Positions 60,316-64,000 of a stretch of 64,000 nt of DNA are shown here, piece by piece. The position numbers were made by a program, and so were the translations under genes. Source of the stretch: Octopus sinensis (lineage: Eukaryota). The stretch is taken from positions 4,836,001-4,900,000 of the forward strand of contig NC_043017.1 in the NCBI RefSeq assembly GCF_006345805.1, read 5' to 3'. Each line of letters starts with the position of its first letter. Positions within the stretch are counted from its first letter, which is position 1. A model generated the notes under the pieces. The model was not told the origin of the DNA. It was given only the letters and a program-made list of their open reading frames with translations, and made no database searches.

Positions 60316-61089
60316 GAGAGGTGTGTGTAGGCTTGACATCACATAATTGTAAATATGTGTCTCCATCATGCAAGTCGGGGGTGGGGTGTCCTTTATTTCT
60401 AATTTTTCATGTAAACATACCTGGTTATGGGTGGTGGGAATTACCTTCCTCAGGAAACAGGTGAGGGTTGGTGACCAGAAGGGCATCTGGCCACAGGAAA
60501 ATCTGCCACAATAAATTCTGTCTGATCTATGAAAGCAGGGGAAAAGTGGACACAAATAAATGATGACAATGGTATTATTCATGAGAGATTTGGCTGCTAT
60601 TTCTAGCTGGTCGACTGACTGTGATGTTGGTCAAACCATTCTGAGAAGCGTTTGGCAGTCTAAGATGATTGTTAATCTGTAGATGACAATTAAGTAGAGT
60701 TCTTTTAATATGGGAGAAGTTAATTTTATTTTCTATGGAAAGTAATCTCTGGTTCATAGAAAAAAGCATCAAATCTCACAGAAAAGTGAAAATGGTTGAG
60801 AATGTCTCATTGATATTTAATCAATAGAATTCCCTGTCTTTGAGATGTGACATCCATTTTCTCACAGATGGAAGATTTTTATTGATGCTCTTCAAGATTT
60901 TCTTCTCTGCTAACGTTACCACCACCACCACGACCACCACCACCACGACCACCACCACCACGACCACCACCACTGCTGTCATTTGTGATGTGCTCCTCCT
61001 TGCCTCCATACTGCTAGTCACCAATCTTGTCTCCTCCCCCATCCCTGGAGCACTCATTACTAATCTCCATTACATTTTTTACAACTATC

Positions 61090-61560
61090 CATCTCTCTCT
61101 CTCTCTCTCTCTCTCTTACCTGGAAATATGTTGTTGTCATTATTGTCTCTCTTCCTTTACTCTCTGCTGTTGCTGTCTTTCTCATACTGTGTCATTACTT
61201 TCTCTCTCTCTCTTATTTTAATCTCTTGTTCTCTCTCTATTTCTCTCACTCTCTCTATCAGTCTGTCTGTCTGTCTCTCTCACCTGCAAATATGTAACTG
61301 CCATTATTGTCTCTCTTCTTTTACTCTCTGCTGTTGCTGTCTTTCACATTATACTATGTCATTACACACTTTCTCTCTCTCTCTAATTTTGATCTCTTGC
61401 TCTCTCTCTCTCTCTCTCATTTCTCTCTCTCTCTGTCTTTCTTACCTGCAAATTTGCAGCTGCCATTATTGTCTCTCTTCCATTACCCTCTATTGATACT
61501 GTTTTTCTCATTATACTTTGTCTTTAATCTCTCACTCATCACTCTTTGCCATCACTGTCT
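61090..61560. repeat. About 2.5 tandem ~170-bp CT-rich units
   Basis: CCTG(G/C)AAAT...CATTATTGTCTCTCTTC recurs at about 61118, 61283 and 61445. Confidence 0.75.
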
Positions 61561-61809
61561 CTCCCAGTTCTCTTTCCGTGCTGTCATCTCAATCTATTTT
61601 CCTTATTATTCTCACCTTAGCACCATCTCCATTCACTTTCTATTCCACTTGATCAGTTACCTTAAATAAATGGAAATGCTTTAGGGCAGTGGGGACCCCT
61701 TCTGTCAAGCGGATCACCAGGCATCCTCATCCTCACTAGTACTGGCGCCTCAATAAAAATAACCCAGCACACTCTTTAAAGCGTGTGCAGATAATTTGCC
61801 AACAGACAA

Positions 61810-61935
61810 TTCTTACATGGCCTCAGACTCAACACGGTGGCCTACATCAAGTGCCTGGAGGAGATTGTGCAGTCCTGGGTCAAGAGGGTGGCTGCTGGAA
61901 CACCCTACGTCGGGCAACAGGATTTCACCATATGA
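61810..61935 (+). pseudogene. Tc1/mariner-superfamily (maT/DD37D-like) transposase catalytic fragment
   Basis: FLHGLRLNTVAYIKCLEEIVQSWVKRVAAGTPYVGQQD, resembling ...Y...L...V.PW.......PYVWQQD(SAPCH). Confidence 0.75.
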
Positions 61936-62192
61936 CCAATTGTCCTGTCTGTAAGTTGTCTGTCAGCCAACTGTCTGTCGACAAATTGTCCGTATACCCT
62001 GTAAAGTAATTAGCGAATCTCTTCTATCTCTTTACACCCATCATCATCGTTTAACATCCTCTTCCCATGCTAGCATGGTTGGGATGGTTTCACAAGCCGA
62101 AGCCTGCACCAGACTTCTGTGACCCTCTTAGCATGATTTTTACAGCTGGATGCCCTTCCTAACACCAACCACTCAGCAGAGTGGAGTTCAAA

Positions 62193-62427
62193 AAGGCGAC
62201 AAAGCTGGCAGAGATGTTAGCAAAGGTGGGCGAAATGCTTAGTGGTATTTCGTCTGCCGTTATGTTCTGAGTTCAAATTCTGCCGAGGTCATCTCTGCCT
62301 TTCATCCTTTTGGGATCGATACATAAAGTACCAGTTACACACTGGGGTCGATGTAATTGACTTAATCCCTTTATCTGTCATTGTTTGTCCCCTCTATGTT
62401 TAGCCCCTTGTGGGCAATAAAGATATA
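62193..62427 (+). mobile_element. Family B short-form SINE with 15-bp TSD, inserted at the B-box of an older family B copy
   Basis: AGAGTGGAGTTCAAA at 62178-62192 and 62428-62442; 3' end GCCCCTTGTGGGCAATAAAGATAT. Confidence 0.88.
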
Positions 62428-63127
62428 AGAGTGGAGTTCAAATCCTACCCAGGTCGACTTTGCCTTTTATCTGTTTGTGGGGGCAGGTGAGGTGGGCAGC
62501 GATAAACTAAAGTACCAGACAAGTGCTGGTGGCATTGATATAATTAACTTACCCTCCGCCCCTGAAATTACTGGCCTTGTGCCAAAATTTGAAACCCATA
62601 TATGTTTAGGCATGCATGATTGCATTCACACTTTGTTAAGATAATTTGTTTTTATTCTTTGTTTGTCTGGTAATTGTCGACTTCACGCTTGATTAGACAC
62701 AAGAGTTTTTCAAAAGAACTCTTGTTTTTTGTCTTTTGCAAAACAAAACAGATTTTTGTCTTGATTTATGCGCATAACTATCCCACTTAACTTTCTGTGT
62801 GTCTGTGCGTGTATACACAGACACACATATATGCGCATACACACATATACACCCTGTAAGTTATGTGAAGTGATTTAATTATATATACAAAGTACTCAAG
62901 TGTGGTTGAAACCACTCATGCATGCTTTATGCTGATTTCTGTCACCCCTCCCTCCTTTCTACTCCTCCTCCTCCTCTTTTTCCACTCCTACCACCACCAC
63001 CACCCAAGTAAATAATTTGTTGCTAATTAGTTAACATAACTTATTCCAATCAATAAATAACTAATTTCTTAATTATTACTACAAAACAAACGATAGGTTT
63101 TTTTTTTCCTTTTGTGTGTGTTTGTTT

Positions 63128-63137
63128 GTTTGTTTTC

Positions 63138-63208
<71 letters not shown>

Positions 63209-63230
63209 AGAAAGAAAGAAAGAAAGAAGC
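63128..63230. repeat. (GAAA)n microsatellite
   Basis: Direct reading. Confidence 0.95.
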
Positions 63231-63434
63231 CTAATGGATGTGTTTTGTAGGACGAAAGATAGGAGGAAAGAAGGGAAGGAAGTGAAGTGTGGGGGCAGGG
63301 GTGGTGGTGGAGAGGAGGTCTTTTTAGCTTTTTTTTTCTCATATTTTTATATTTTTGCCAGATTTTGTGAAAAGCATTTATCTTTATATCCAGTTTTGAG
63401 ACAGACACATTGGGTGAACGGTTTTAAAGTTTAA

Positions 63435-63700
63435 AACAACAGCAATAATAACAACAACAACAACAACAACAACAAATAATAATGATAATAATAATGATAA
63501 TAATAATAATGATAATAATAATGATAATAATAATAATGATAATAATAATAATAATAATGATAATAATAATGATAATAATAAAAATGATAATAATAATAAT
63601 GATAATAATAATAATAATGATAATAATAATGATAATAATAATAATGATAATAATAATAATGATAATGATAATAATAATAACAATAATAATAATAATAAGT
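63435..63700. repeat. (AAC)n/(AAT)n tract with periodic GAT interruptions (12-15 bp higher-order unit)
   Basis: Direct reading. Confidence 0.92.
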
Positions 63701-63855
63701 TCTGGGGTCGATTTGTTTGACTAAAGGCGGTGCTCCAGCATGGCCACAGTCAAATGACTGAAACAAGTAAAAGAGTTTAAGAATAATATACAAAGGTTAA
63801 GAAAAGGGGGAAAAGGGTGGGTGGGTGGGATGATGTAGATGTAGTCATCCTGGTA

Positions 63856-63888
<33 letters not shown>

Positions 63889-64000
63889 CTTTTTGCTAAA
63901 GGCATAATGCCTGAAACTTGGTGGGAGGGAGACTAGTTGATTACATTGACCCCAGTATTTCACTGGTACTTAATTTATCGACCTCACAAGAATGGAAGGC

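Noticed and set aside
62698-62745. Short hairpins (ACAAGAGTT/AACTCTTGT, TTTTGCAAAA) resembling intrinsic terminators
   Set aside because: Eukaryotic intron, AT-rich short stems expected by chance.

Overview
AT-rich, extremely microsatellite- and SINE-dense eukaryotic DNA. The repeat families (several tRNA-headed SINEs, RTE 3' tails ending in (GAT)n, mariner, hAT and Helitron MITEs) look like those of Octopus; this assignment is from recall, not a search. Only two host exons are convincingly supported, both on the + strand (32417-32544 and 53785-53929). They have canonical splice sites, compatible phases and a 21.2-kb intron between them, and they spell a peptide resembling the invertebrate-type N-terminus of the raskol/nGAP/DAB2IP/SynGAP RasGAP family. 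The rest is intronic or flanking DNA made of SINEs, decayed LINE ends (RTE, Tx1/L1-like, R4/Dong-like, Hero-like), DNA-transposon derivatives, mini/microsatellites and local inverted or direct repeats. Nearly all ORFs in the supplied track are microsatellite artefacts. The most unusual signal is that several unrelated short non-coding elements, including a tRNA-headed (Pol III-type) SINE, carry a minimal type I hammerhead-ribozyme architecture. Each has a palindromic helix III, and helix I covaries between families. Coordinates of diverged repeats are approximate; no database searches or folding programs were run.
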